A DNA stretch of 64,000 nucleotides from a bacterium. Its GTDB lineage: Bacteria > Planctomycetota > Planctomycetia > Pirellulales > Pirellulaceae. The notes beneath the pieces are model-generated. The model did no database searches. It was not told the DNA's origin and saw only the letters and a list, made by a program, of their open reading frames with translations. The translations under genes and the position numbers were made by a program. Below, piece by piece: positions 1-9,735 of this stretch. Positions within the stretch are counted from its first letter, which is position 1. Every line of letters begins with the position of its first letter. Location: NCBI GenBank assembly GCA_030430075.1, contig JAUIGN010000007.1, positions 86,458 through 150,457 on the forward strand. The letters run 5' to 3'.

Positions 1-415
1 CCGCCGCCCAGACCGTCACATACGGCGCGTGGCTGAAATCGAGGTAGCCCGAATCCTGGTGCCAGGAAAACTTGATGCCTTGCTCGGCCGCCTTGACGAC
101 ATACTGATCGTAGAACAGGTACGCGGTTTCGCCGATCGTGGCCCGGCAGACTTCCGCCATCAGCGGGCTGAAGACATATTCGGCCAGTCGCGGCGGCTTG
201 TCGTATTGCTTGGCGATGTGGTACCGCTTTCCGCGGTGACTGATATGGATGTGGTCGGTGCCCAGCCGGTCCATTTCCTGGTGCATCAGATCGATCAGGT
301 GATCGCACGAGTCGCGGAGGATCTGCAAGTGGCTCTCCGGGATCACCCGTTCCAGGATAAAGTAACCTTCGTCGACGTACTGGCGCCGTTGCTGTTCTGA
401 GATCACCGAAATCAT
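1..415 (-). CDS. Phytanoyl-CoA dioxygenase (PhyH) family protein. The gene is partial: its 3' end lies beyond the left window edge.
   Basis: The reverse-strand translation from ATG (cat at 413-415) reads [37 protein letters not shown]...[12 protein letters not shown]. This is a typical PhyH N-terminus with the HxD iron-binding context. It is absent from the ORF track because the stop codon lies outside the window. The listed + ORF 29..400 is its antisense. Confidence 0.6.
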   Translation of the reverse strand, partial: MISVISEQQRRQYVDEGYFILERVIPESHLQILRDSCDHLIDLMHQEMDRLGTDHIHISHRGKRYHIAKQYDKPPRLAEYVFSPLMAEVCRATIGETAYLFYDQYVVKAAEQGIKFSWHQDSGYLDFSHAPYVTVWAA

Positions 416-562
416 TCCGCTTCAGGAAACGCGCTGATGGAAGATCGACGTCCTGTTGACCGGTTTGCTACTCACCGAGTCACCAGGAAGGTTCTGAATG
501 TAGTCGCCGTCGACCGGCGGTGAAAGCCTGGAACCGCGGTCGTTCTTGCGGCATTCCGTAGG

Positions 563-577
563 TCATGCGGTGCATGA
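563..577. repeat. Palindromic intergenic motif TCATGCGGTGCATGA, copy 1
   Basis: It is a perfect 6-bp inverted repeat with a 3-nt spacer, inside the conserved context taGGTCATGCnnnGCATGACgt. Confidence 0.7.
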
Positions 578-671
578 CGTTTCGCGGCCTGGTGTCGTGC
601 AGGACCGGGTCAGCAACGACTTCCCGCACCGCCTTGCCACCGACGTGGCGCACGTTGTTCTTGGTTCGACC

Positions 672-2000
672 CTACCCGATTTCGTAGCCGGCCCGTTGCT
701 CACGCCGTAGCAAGCGGTTGGCTTGATCGTCATCCGGAAATATCTCCGTTTCCGGATCCCAGACGACTTTCCGGCCGAGTTGCATTGAGATGTTGCCTAG
801 GTGACAGGTACTGACGCTGCGGTGCTGGCTGTCGACATCGGAAATCGGCGTCTGCCGGGACGCCACGCAATCGAAGAAGTTGCCCATGTGGTTGATGATC
901 GCATCAAGTTTGCCGGCCCGCTCGGGGCGACTCGTATTGTCCTTGTCGTAGAGCCGAAACGCGTCGCGGGTCAGGGGGCGGGTGGCCAGATCTTCCACCG
1001 GCTTTCCGCTAAGCGTTCCCCGATTGACGAAGATGCGGCCCGCGTCACCGGTGAACATGATGCCGTTCCGTCCGGTATCGCGGACGTTCATCGTGACGCC
1101 GTTGGCATACCGATAGGTCGCGCCAAAGTCGATGGGCACGTTGAAGCCGTTTTTCACCTGGGGGTACTTTGCCTGACCGTCGATCTCGACCGGCAGGCTG
1201 CCAATGGCCCATTGGGCGATATCCAGGTGATGGGCGCCCCAATCGGTCATCTGGCCGCCGGAGTACTCGTGCCACCAGCGAAATGTGTAATGAGCTCTCT
1301 CCTCGAGGTAGGGCACGTCGGGCGTCTGGCCCTGCCACATCTCCCAGTTGAAGTTGCCCGGCACCGGGCGGGCCGCGAAGGGACCGCCGGTCTTGTTCTT
1401 CCCCAGCACGACATCAACGTGCTGGAGCTTGCCGATTCGCCCTTGCCGCACCATCTCCACCGCCAGCCGGAAGCGGCTGTCGCTCCGCTGCCACGAGCCG
1501 ACCTGCACGACGCGGCCCGTTTCCTTGACCGCCCGCGTCAGCAGCTTGCCTTCGTCGATGGTCAGCGTCAGCGGCTTCTCGCAGTACACATCCTTGCCGG
1601 CTCGGCAGGCGTCAATCACCATCTTCGTATGCCAGTGATCGGGAGTTCCGATCGTGACGACATCGACATCCTTGCGTTGGAGGAGGTCACGGTAGTCCTC
1701 GAAGTCACGCGGCGTACTGCCAAAGGCCGCCTTGGCGGTGTCCCGGACGTTCTTGTCGACGTCGCAGACGGCCACGATGTCGCCGTAGTTACGCGCCTGA
1801 TTTGCGATCACGCTGCCTTGGTACCGGAGTCCGATACAGCCGACCCCCGCGCGTTCAACCCGGGCTCGCGGCTTTTCCTGCCCCCAGGTCGTGCGTGCGG
1901 GCGCCGTGCCGACCAGCACGCCGCTGCCCAGCAGGCTTCCTCCGGCCAGCGAGGAAGCGAGGAAATTTCGTCGGGTTGACTTCATTCGGGACATTTGCAA
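672..2000 (-). CDS. Gfo/Idh/MocA family oxidoreductase with a Tat signal peptide
   Basis: The N-terminus reads MKSTRRNFLASSLAGG, a twin-arginine motif. An N-terminal NAD(P)-binding Rossmann segment (GCIGLRYQGSVIANQA..VDVVTIGTPDHWH) and an EKP motif are typical of Gfo/Idh/MocA dehydrogenases. Confidence 0.8.
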   Translation of the reverse strand: MQMSRMKSTRRNFLASSLAGGSLLGSGVLVGTAPARTTWGQEKPRARVERAGVGCIGLRYQGSVIANQARNYGDIVAVCDVDKNVRDTAKAAFGSTPRDFEDYRDLLQRKDVDVVTIGTPDHWHTKMVIDACRAGKDVYCEKPLTLTIDEGKLLTRAVKETGRVVQVGSWQRSDSRFRLAVEMVRQGRIGKLQHVDVVLGKNKTGGPFAARPVPGNFNWEMWQGQTPDVPYLEERAHYTFRWWHEYSGGQMTDWGAHHLDIAQWAIGSLPVEIDGQAKYPQVKNGFNVPIDFGATYRYANGVTMNVRDTGRNGIMFTGDAGRIFVNRGTLSGKPVEDLATRPLTRDAFRLYDKDNTSRPERAGKLDAIINHMGNFFDCVASRQTPISDVDSQHRSVSTCHLGNISMQLGRKVVWDPETEIFPDDDQANRLLRREQRAGYEIG

Positions 2001-2182
2001 GGACCTTCCGATTGGTTAAGGGTGGCTTACCACGACATGGAAACATCGTCTGCAGCAGCCGTCGCCAGATGGCCGCTACGTTCGGTGCGTTGCGGAAGCT
2101 GCGGTGAGGTGTTGGTTGTCAGTCGGGTGGCAGCCTGAGCGGATTGCCGGCCGGTGGGGAACGCGCTTGTGTAGGTCGCTCC

Positions 2183-3481
2183 TCAGGCGAACAGTTCATG
2201 AATGACTCGACCCTCCGGCACCAGCATGACGGGGCGGCCCGTGTTGGTGTGGTATTCCGAGCGAGGGTCGATCCCGAGCGCGTTATACAGGGTGGCCGCC
2301 AGGTCATCCGGTTTGAGTTGGGTCGCGTCATCCGGACTTTCTCCACCGGCGTCCGTGCCTCCGATCAACCGTCCGGCCTGCACACCTCCGCCGGCCATGA
2401 GACACCAGTTCACGCGCGGGTAGTGATCGCGGCCGGCGTTGACGTTGATTTTGGGTGTGCGGCCGAACTCGCCCATAACCACCACCAGGGTGCGTTCGAG
2501 GAGCCCCTTGTCTTGTAGCGTGCCGAGCATCGCCTGGAGGCCGTTGTCGAGTGCGGGGAAGAGGCGCCGATGGCCGTTAAAATTGTCGGTGTGGGTGTCC
2601 CAGCCGGCATAGGTGACCGTAACGAACGGCACTCCGAACTCGATCAAACGACATCCCAGCAATAAGCCCTGGTTGAACTCGTCGTCCGTGAATGCCTGGC
2701 GGATGGAGGCCGGCTCTTGTCCGACATCAAAGGCGGCACGCGCACGGGGAGAAGTCATCATGCTGAGCGCTTGTTCGCCGAACTTGTCGAGTGCTTCCAG
2801 AAGCTGGCTGCCCGTATCCGTTTCGCGAAACGTGCGATCGATCTTTTCGAGCAACTGCTGTCGGCGCCGGACCTCGTCGACGGTGACCCCGTCGGCCAAA
2901 GAGATTCCGCGGACCTGAAACGGTTTGCCCGGGCGCGGCACGGCGTTTGTCTTGAACGGTGCGAGGGCGTCGCCCAGGTAGCCGGCGTTCCACTCGGTGT
3001 TCGGGATTCCGATGTAAGAGGGGAGATCCGGTTTGCCGGCTCGTTCCTTTCCCACCACCGAACCGTACGACGGATACATCAGGGCCGGCGTGGGACGGTT
3101 CCCTGTCGAGATATACGACTGGCCCAGCGGGTGCGATCCGGAGGAATGGCTGATTCCGCGAATCAAGGTGTATTGGTCGGCGACCGATGCGAACTTCGGC
3201 AGGTGCTCACAGACCGGCAGCCCCGTCAAACGCGAGGCGATCGGCTTGAACTCGCCCTTGGTCTCACTGGGACCCTCGGGCTTCATGTCCAACGAATCGA
3301 GGTGCGAAATGCCGCCCGCCAGGTTGACGAACAGCACCCCGTCCGCCGACGGTCTCTTCTTGGCGCCCGCCGCATCGCCTGCTTCTCCCAGTCTCAGGAA
3401 CTGTTCCAGCGACAGTCCCGTCAAGCCCATCACGCCGGCGCGGACAAAGCTGCGTCGCGTCCACCCACGTTCGAGTCCCAT
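2183..3481 (-). CDS. DUF1501 domain-containing protein. It is sulfatase-like with a Tat signal.
   Basis: A Tat motif TRRSFVRAGV is followed by the hallmark DUF1501 segment GGISHLDSLDMKPEGPSETKGEFKPIA. It sits immediately downstream of a DUF1549/DUF1553 gene with a 16-bp gap, the classic planctomycete pair. Confidence 0.85.
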   Translation of the reverse strand: MGLERGWTRRSFVRAGVMGLTGLSLEQFLRLGEAGDAAGAKKRPSADGVLFVNLAGGISHLDSLDMKPEGPSETKGEFKPIASRLTGLPVCEHLPKFASVADQYTLIRGISHSSGSHPLGQSYISTGNRPTPALMYPSYGSVVGKERAGKPDLPSYIGIPNTEWNAGYLGDALAPFKTNAVPRPGKPFQVRGISLADGVTVDEVRRRQQLLEKIDRTFRETDTGSQLLEALDKFGEQALSMMTSPRARAAFDVGQEPASIRQAFTDDEFNQGLLLGCRLIEFGVPFVTVTYAGWDTHTDNFNGHRRLFPALDNGLQAMLGTLQDKGLLERTLVVVMGEFGRTPKINVNAGRDHYPRVNWCLMAGGGVQAGRLIGGTDAGGESPDDATQLKPDDLAATLYNALGIDPRSEYHTNTGRPVMLVPEGRVIHELFA

Positions 3482-3497
3482 GGTTTGCTCCGACCGG

Positions 3498-6400
3498 TTA
3501 GTGATTGGTAATGAATTCCTGGGTGTTCAACAGGGCCCACAACAGGTCGCGGAGCCCGACGGCTCGATCGTCCTGCCCCGCCAGATGCGACCGGCAATCG
3601 GCCAGTTCGACATTCGTCGGTTGGCGCGACAAGGTACGCAGATAGGCGGCCCGGATCAATTCCTCGTCGCTCAGGTGCTCCGGCTCACCGGCAGACACTT
3701 GGGCCAACCAACCGTCCGCGCGGTCCAGCATGTCGAGCAGCTCCTGGTCGTTGCGCACATAGAGGGCCTGGAGGAGCGTCGGCTCGCCCTGACGCTCGCA
3801 ATCGCAATTTGTGGTGCGTAGCGGCTTACCGAAGATAAGGAGCGAGAAATCGATGGCGCGGGTTTGGAACGACACCGGATGTTGGCCGATCTTCCGACCC
3901 GCGACGTTCGTGTCCACCTGGGCCATCAAGGTATCGTTGCCCGTCGCTTGGAGCAGTCCGTCGATGGCGACTTCGGCGGGCAGACGACGCAGGACGGCAT
4001 GACTGAAGTTGCGGGTGTCGGTTCGGTTGGTGGCATTGGGGCGCCAGTCGCGCTGGTAGGTGTCGCTGGACGCGATCGTTCGATGGAGCCATTTGAGATC
4101 GTAGCCGCTGGCGACAAAACCGTCCGCCAGGTAGTTCAGCAAACGCTTGTTGCTGGGCGGGTTCGCCTGATTCAGGTCGTCGGGTGGATCGATGATGCCG
4201 ATATTGAAATAGTTGGCCCAGATCCGGTTGACCATGGATTTGGCGAAGTAACGGTTCGGTTCGTTCAACATCCATTGCATCAGCGGCTCGCGGGGGTCGC
4301 GATACTGGCTCAGATCGAGGTCCGGGCCGCCGAGCAGCCGGGCTGGTTGCGGCTTGTCGCCGGGCGCCGCAATGTAAACTTCTTTCCAAGGGATCCGCCT
4401 CCCTTCGGCCGCCACACGAAGATAGCTCTGCCGCCGCAAGGCGGCGGTGTTCAGTTTGACCGGGACCCCCAAGCGGTTCCGTTCCAGTTCATGGCGGGCG
4501 GCGGCATCGGGCGCGACGCCGGCTTTGATCCGAGTGAAAAATTCCGTGAATCGTTCAAAGTCCTGCTTGGACCATTGATCGTAGGGGTGCTTGTGGCACT
4601 GAGCGCAATCAAGCCGCAGCCCCAGGAAGGTGTATCCGAATGCCAACGCCTTCTCCGCCGGTTGGGACAGGTTGCTACGAAACCAGAAGTGGGGCATCGA
4701 GTTTCCCGGGGCGGCAAAGTCCGCCGGATCGGTCCGCCGCGTGTACAGGCTCTGCTGTTCAATAAAGTCGGCGTACGTTTGACCGGCGGGCCGGCTGCGA
4801 GCCAGGATAATGCCTGCGGCAATCTTGTCCCAGCCGTCGTTGTCGGCAATCCGGCGCTCCATCCAGGCACGCCATTGGGCGGCCACCGGGCGGGCCATTT
4901 CCGTGCTTCCCAGATACCCGGCGTTGCTGCCCGTGAGATCGCAGAGCCGCGTGGTCCACCAGGTCACATAGGCTGGGCGTTCCAGCAACTCGTCGATCTT
5001 GCGATGGCGCTTGTCCGGTGCCGCGTCCGCCATGAACGCCAGCACTTCCTGGGGTGTTGGGAGTGTGCCGGTCAAGTCGATGCTGACGCGGCGGAGGAAT
5101 GCCTCGTCCGAACAGACACGCGAAGGAACGATGCCCAATCGCCGCAGCTTCGTCAGCACCAGCGCATCGATTGGGGTGGGGGTGGCGACCTGCGGATAGC
5201 GTTCCCCGGTCTCATCGCTGACCGGCAAGACGACCTGGTTGGACGCGATACCGTTGTCGTAGAACGAAACCACGTAGGTGTCGCCTTTCCCCGTAGCACG
5301 TACCAGCCCGTCGCCACTTACGGTCGCCACGTCTTCATCTTGGGACTCGAAACGCGTGAGGCAGGTAACGTCTTCGCGGCTGCCGTCGGACCAGACAGCG
5401 ACCGCCCGCAACTGGACGGTTTCATCGGCTGCACCGAAGGTGATTTCGGCGGGCGTCACGTCCAACCGGACGAAGGTCGCCGGTTCCGGCGGGAGTCCCC
5501 GCGCGCCCGCTTCGATCCAGCGGCGCAATAGTTTCTGCTGCCACTCGCCAGGCGGCAGCCGCAGTCCACCTTCGTGCTCGTCCGCGGACGTCGGCTTGTT
5601 CACGATGAGGCTTGACGCCGGCGCGTCGAGGTCAATTCGCGCATGCAGGTTTTCCAGGTCCATCTCGAAGTCGTATCCGAACATGGAGAGACGGAAACCT
5701 CCCTGTCCCTGAAACGAACCATGACAGGCACGTCCGTTGCAGCCCAGCCGTCCCAGCAGCGGAATGACGTGGCGTTGGAAGTCGGGCACGGTCGACGCGT
5801 CCACCAGGCGCTGCACAATGGGCTCAAGCAGCGCGCCCTGCTCAGCGATGGAATCATCCCGTCGGTGGGTCTGGGTAACGAGCGTCGCCGTATCGCCGGT
5901 CCGAGGGTCGATCTCGCGGGCAATCGCCGGGTCGAAGTACAGTTGCGTCTTCGGCAGCAGGGTCTTGAGCCGCCTTGCCGCGTCCGGCGTCAGCGGCGTC
6001 TTATACAGTTCGAGGTGCTGCAACTGCTTAAGCCGGCCTAATACATCGACCGCCTGGTCGTCGACGTCGGTTCCGTTCAAGCAGAGGTGTTCGAGTTCTG
6101 CGAGCGACTCGAGATGCCGCGCGCCGCTGCCGTCAAGCGGACAGTTCGCCAAGAACAAGTACTTTAAGCGGGGCAGACGTGACAAAGTTGCGAGCCCCGC
6201 ATCCGTGACCCGGGTGTCACTGAGGACCAGCGTCGATAGCGCCCGTAATTCAGCCACCGCCGCCAACCCGTGATCGGTCAGGTCGGTACCGGGTGCGGAG
6301 AAGACTTCCAGTTTTGTCAGTTGACGAAGTGAGTCGAGGCCGGCATCGCTGATGCGGGAGCCGTCGAGATACAGACGGCGCAGGTTGACCAGCTTGCTGA

Positions 6401-6830
6401 GATGGTACAGCCCGGCGTCGGTCACTGCCGTTTGAGAGATCAGCAAACTATCCAAGTCGACCAGGTTGGCGATCGATCCCAGGCCGTCATCGGTCACCTG
6501 CGGTGCGAGAATCGCCAGGTAGTCGAGCCGGTTGAAATGCCGCAGGTGGCGCAGGTGTTCGTCCGTGACGAGCGGTTTGCTCAAGCGAACCAGCCGCACC
6601 GACTGGTCTTTGTGAAACTGAATGTTGGTCGAGACGCGTCGCAACGCGGTCACGGCAGCCTGCTCGGCCGACACTTCCTCCTTTTCCGCTTCGTTTGCTG
6701 CATCCGCCGCCAGGCACCGTGTTGCCAGGAAACCTTGGGTTGCCAGGAAACCATCCGTTGCCGGAAATAGTATGAGGCAGACCGGAAGCGCGACAAACGG
6801 AAGCTGGCATAACCGGCCGGTGGGTAGCAT
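3498..6830 (-). CDS. DUF1549 (PSCyt2) / DUF1553 (PSD1) domain protein with an N-terminal leucine-rich-repeat region
   Basis: LRR-like repeats (LSDTRVTDAGLATLSRLPRLKYLFL...) come first. The DUF1549 segment LGRLGCNGRACHGSFQGQGGFRLSMFGYDFEMD and the DUF1553 segment LGLRLDCAQCHKHPYDQWSKQDFERF follow. The ORF track starts at 7202, but residues 1-124 are an Arg/Pro-rich leader. I place the start at the Met of MLPTGRLCQLPFVALPVCLILFPA, a signal peptide. Confidence 0.75.
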   Translation of the reverse strand: MLPTGRLCQLPFVALPVCLILFPATDGFLATQGFLATRCLAADAANEAEKEEVSAEQAAVTALRRVSTNIQFHKDQSVRLVRLSKPLVTDEHLRHLRHFNRLDYLAILAPQVTDDGLGSIANLVDLDSLLISQTAVTDAGLYHLSKLVNLRRLYLDGSRISDAGLDSLRQLTKLEVFSAPGTDLTDHGLAAVAELRALSTLVLSDTRVTDAGLATLSRLPRLKYLFLANCPLDGSGARHLESLAELEHLCLNGTDVDDQAVDVLGRLKQLQHLELYKTPLTPDAARRLKTLLPKTQLYFDPAIAREIDPRTGDTATLVTQTHRRDDSIAEQGALLEPIVQRLVDASTVPDFQRHVIPLLGRLGCNGRACHGSFQGQGGFRLSMFGYDFEMDLENLHARIDLDAPASSLIVNKPTSADEHEGGLRLPPGEWQQKLLRRWIEAGARGLPPEPATFVRLDVTPAEITFGAADETVQLRAVAVWSDGSREDVTCLTRFESQDEDVATVSGDGLVRATGKGDTYVVSFYDNGIASNQVVLPVSDETGERYPQVATPTPIDALVLTKLRRLGIVPSRVCSDEAFLRRVSIDLTGTLPTPQEVLAFMADAAPDKRHRKIDELLERPAYVTWWTTRLCDLTGSNAGYLGSTEMARPVAAQWRAWMERRIADNDGWDKIAAGIILARSRPAGQTYADFIEQQSLYTRRTDPADFAAPGNSMPHFWFRSNLSQPAEKALAFGYTFLGLRLDCAQCHKHPYDQWSKQDFERFTEFFTRIKAGVAPDAAARHELERNRLGVPVKLNTAALRRQSYLRVAAEGRRIPWKEVYIAAPGDKPQPARLLGGPDLDLSQYRDPREPLMQWMLNEPNRYFAKSMVNRIWANYFNIGIIDPPDDLNQANPPSNKRLLNYLADGFVASGYDLKWLHRTIASSDTYQRDWRPNATNRTDTRNFSHAVLRRLPAEVAIDGLLQATGNDTLMAQVDTNVAGRKIGQHPVSFQTRAIDFSLLIFGKPLRTTNCDCERQGEPTLLQALYVRNDQELLDMLDRADGWLAQVSAGEPEHLSDEELIRAAYLRTLSRQPTNVELADCRSHLAGQDDRAVGLRDLLWALLNTQEFITNH

Positions 6831-6990
6831 TGCGGGGCCCTTGCAATGGCGGGAACGTGGGCAGGGGGAATTGCCGATTATACCCGCTCGTGGGCGGGCC
6901 GCCAAAAAACGTGCCCGCGGCTGTGCCATGGAGCTTGCCGGGCGGGACGGGTAGGTCGTGGGGCTTGACGGTCGGCAGCACCGACTGAGA

Positions 6991-7824
6991 ATGGACACCG
7001 TGAACGCTAACCGAATGCAGGGAAAGGTCGTTGTCATTGTTGGTGGGACGTCCGGGCTGGGGCGGTCCGCGGCCGAGGCCTGCTTGCGCGCGGGCGCTGC
7101 GGTCGTGGGTGTGGGGCGTGACGCGGAGAAATGTTCGGCCGCCGCGTCGGCTCTCGGACCGCAAGCCAGGATGGTGTCTGGAGACGCTTGCGATCCGCGC
7201 ACGGTCGAGCAAGCGATCCGGCTGGGAATTGACGAGTTTGGAGGATTCGACGGACTCTATCACGTGGCGGGTGGGAGCGGCCGGAAGCATGGAGACGGTC
7301 CCCTGGATCAGTTGAGCGATGAAGGGTGGCACCAGACCATGCGCCTGAATCTGGATTCCCTGTTCTATTCCAACCGCGCGGCGATCCAGCAATTCCTGCG
7401 ACAAGGCCGGGGAGGAAGCGTGCTCAACATGGCCTCGGTTCTGGCAGATTCTCCTTCGCCCCGCTTCTTTGCAACGCACGCCTATGCCACCAGCAAAGCG
7501 GCGGCGATCGGCATGGCACGCGCGGCGGCAGCCCACTACGCGTCCGCCAACATTCGTGTGAATGTGATCGCACCGGGGTTGGTGGATACGCCGCTCGCAC
7601 AGCGGGCAATGGCCGACGAGGAAATCATGGAGTATGTCGCGACGAAGCAACCGCTGGAGGGTGGCCGGATCGGCCGCCCGGCCGATGTCGACGAAGCGGT
7701 TGTATACTTCCTCTCCGACGAGTCGCGATTTGTGACCGGTCAGGTGCTCCGCGTCGACGGCGGTTGGTCACTGACAGAAGGACAATACCGAGACCCGCAC
7801 GGGGATCGCACGAAGGCCGAGTGA
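6991..7824 (+). CDS. SDR family NAD(P)-dependent oxidoreductase
   Basis: The glycine-rich segment reads KVVVIVGGTSGLGRSAA, and the catalytic YxxxK segment is HAYATSKAAAIGMARAAA...NVIAPGLVDTP. The start is chosen at an internal Met; ATG 7015 is an alternative. Confidence 0.8.
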   Translation: MDTVNANRMQGKVVVIVGGTSGLGRSAAEACLRAGAAVVGVGRDAEKCSAAASALGPQARMVSGDACDPRTVEQAIRLGIDEFGGFDGLYHVAGGSGRKHGDGPLDQLSDEGWHQTMRLNLDSLFYSNRAAIQQFLRQGRGGSVLNMASVLADSPSPRFFATHAYATSKAAAIGMARAAAAHYASANIRVNVIAPGLVDTPLAQRAMADEEIMEYVATKQPLEGGRIGRPADVDEAVVYFLSDESRFVTGQVLRVDGGWSLTEGQYRDPHGDRTKAE

Positions 7825-7876
7825 CTGCGGATCGCCCGGACGGATTCGTCGCCAAGACTCACACTGAGAAAACCGA

Positions 7877-8695
7877 ATGGCCTCCACCCTTACCACGCCA
7901 GCCCAAGCGTACCTCCGGCGATGCCGCGACCTGATCGAGGTGGTTGCTGGTCAAACAGCGAACATCGAGATGGCCGCCGATTGGTTTGCGAAAACCATCT
8001 TGGCGGGACGGCTGGTCCACATGTTCGGTGCCGGTCATAGCCGAATCCTGGTCGAAGAGATGTGGCCCCGCTACGGTTCGTTCCCCGGGTTTCACCCCAT
8101 CGTGGAGCTTTCGCTGACGTTTCATAACCTGGTCGTCGGCGCCAACGGTCAGCGGCAGGCGATGTTCCTGGAGAACACGCCCGGCCTGGCGGCGCGGATT
8201 GTCCGCAACTTCGACACGTCGTCTGCAGATAGCGCACTGGTCGTCTCCTCCAGCGGCTGCAACGTCGTACCGATCGAGATGGCTCAGCAATTTCAGCAAC
8301 GAGGCATCAAAGTGGTTGCGATCGTCAGCCGGCAACATTGCCAGGCCAGCACGAGCAAGCATGCCGAGGGAATCAAGCTGACCGACTGTGCGGATCTGGT
8401 TCTGGATACCGGGGCGCCCGCCGGAGATGCGATGATCGAGTTGCCCGGTTTGGCGACACCCGTCTCGCCAGGATCGACGGTCGGGGGCTGTATGTTGATC
8501 AACGCAATCAAGGCAGAGGTGGCGGCACGGCTGGTGGCCGCAGGTCACCCGCCGCCGGTGTTGACGGCGGCCTGCCATGTCGGGGCCGAGCGGGCCGCTA
8601 CGCTGTTTGAAAGTGCCTACGACGAACATGCTCGCCGCGTGGCTCGACTCTACGAAAACTTGGGAGATCAGAACTCGGGAGTCCATTCAGGTTAG
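7877..8695 (+). CDS. SIS (sugar isomerase) domain protein, UPF0309-like
   Basis: It contains HMFGAGHSRILVEE and SSSGCNVVPIE, which are SIS phosphosugar-binding fold motifs. It has the UPF0309 family length. Confidence 0.6.
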   Translation: MASTLTTPAQAYLRRCRDLIEVVAGQTANIEMAADWFAKTILAGRLVHMFGAGHSRILVEEMWPRYGSFPGFHPIVELSLTFHNLVVGANGQRQAMFLENTPGLAARIVRNFDTSSADSALVVSSSGCNVVPIEMAQQFQQRGIKVVAIVSRQHCQASTSKHAEGIKLTDCADLVLDTGAPAGDAMIELPGLATPVSPGSTVGGCMLINAIKAEVAARLVAAGHPPPVLTAACHVGAERAATLFESAYDEHARRVARLYENLGDQNSGVHSG

Positions 8696-8700
8696 TCATC

Positions 8701-9735
8701 ATGCAACCAAGGCCCCTCCGCACAACCGTTATCGGAAGCTACCCTTTCCCCGGCTGGCTGGAATTCGCCGCCGAGAACCTAAGTCGGTTTGGTGCCGACG
8801 ATATTGCCGAGATGCAGTCCGACGCGGTGACGGTTGCCGTTGCGGACCAGGTGGCTGCCGGGCTGGACGTGATTACCGACGGCGAGCAAACTCGGTTCGA
8901 CTTCAATCTTTCCTTCTACGGCCACCTGCAAGGGATCGAACTGGAAGCGGCCTCGCCCCGCCAGTTTGGACCCCCGGCCCACGACCAGCGCGGCAAGCAC
9001 CGCGTCACCGGGGAATTGGCCGCCCCGAACGGACTGGGGACGGTGGCCGAGTTCGAGCGGCTCCGCCGGCTGGCTCCGCAGGGACCGACGTTGAAGGCAA
9101 GCGTGCCGGGGCCCTATACGATGAGTGGACGGTTGCTACCCAACGCACAGTATGCCGATCGGTACGCGCTGACCGAAGCGCTGCTCCCGATCATTCGCAA
9201 CGAACTCGAACAACTGGTGGCCGCCGGCTGCCGGGAAGTCACGGTCGATGAGCCATCGATGAGCTGCTACGCGTATCGAGAAGACCGCCGCCGTCTGGTC
9301 GATATCTTCAATCGGACCGTGGAACCGATCGTCGGCAAGTGCCGCCTGGCGACCCACCTTTGTTTTGGAAATTTCAAGGGGCACGCCGTCGGCCTCCGTC
9401 GGTACGCACCAATGTTTCCTGACTTTCTGGAGATGCAGGTTGACGAGATCCATCTGGAAATGGCCAATCGCGAGTATGCCGAGTTGGCCGTCATCGAGCA
9501 GATTGCGCGGCGGACGGACGTCTGTGTCGGTGTAATTGACGTCAAGAGTTACTACCTGGAAACCGTCGACGACGTGGCGGCGCGGGTCCGCGAGTCACTG
9601 CAGTACGCTCCGGCAGAACGTTTGTCGTTTGCCCCCGACTGTGGGCTTAGCCAGACAGCGCGCTGGGCAGCGAGGCAGAAGCTGGCCAACCTCGTCGCCG
9701 GTGTCGAAATGGTGCGTCAGGAGCTGAAACTATGA
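8701..9735 (+). CDS. Cobalamin-independent methionine synthase (MetE) C-terminal-domain-like protein, of the UROD/MetE-like family
   Basis: The N-terminus TTVIGSYPFPGWL resembles the start of the MetE catalytic domain. The ~340 aa length fits the short stand-alone homologues. Confidence 0.55.
   Translation: MQPRPLRTTVIGSYPFPGWLEFAAENLSRFGADDIAEMQSDAVTVAVADQVAAGLDVITDGEQTRFDFNLSFYGHLQGIELEAASPRQFGPPAHDQRGKHRVTGELAAPNGLGTVAEFERLRRLAPQGPTLKASVPGPYTMSGRLLPNAQYADRYALTEALLPIIRNELEQLVAAGCREVTVDEPSMSCYAYREDRRRLVDIFNRTVEPIVGKCRLATHLCFGNFKGHAVGLRRYAPMFPDFLEMQVDEIHLEMANREYAELAVIEQIARRTDVCVGVIDVKSYYLETVDDVAARVRESLQYAPAERLSFAPDCGLSQTARWAARQKLANLVAGVEMVRQELKL

Noticed and set aside
29-400. + strand ORF of 123 aa
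   Set aside because: It is the antisense shadow of the PhyH-family gene on the - strand. Its amino-acid composition is not protein-like.
3864-5531. + strand ORF of 555 aa
   Set aside because: It lies entirely antisense to the well-supported DUF1549/DUF1553 gene. It is a long GC-rich shadow frame.
6487-7650. - strand ORF of 387 aa overlapping the SDR gene
   Set aside because: It is Arg/Pro-rich with no motif. The + strand SDR has clear Rossmann and YxxxK motifs.
7859-8686. - strand ORF of 275 aa
   Set aside because: It is antisense to the SIS/UPF0309 gene, which has recognisable motifs.
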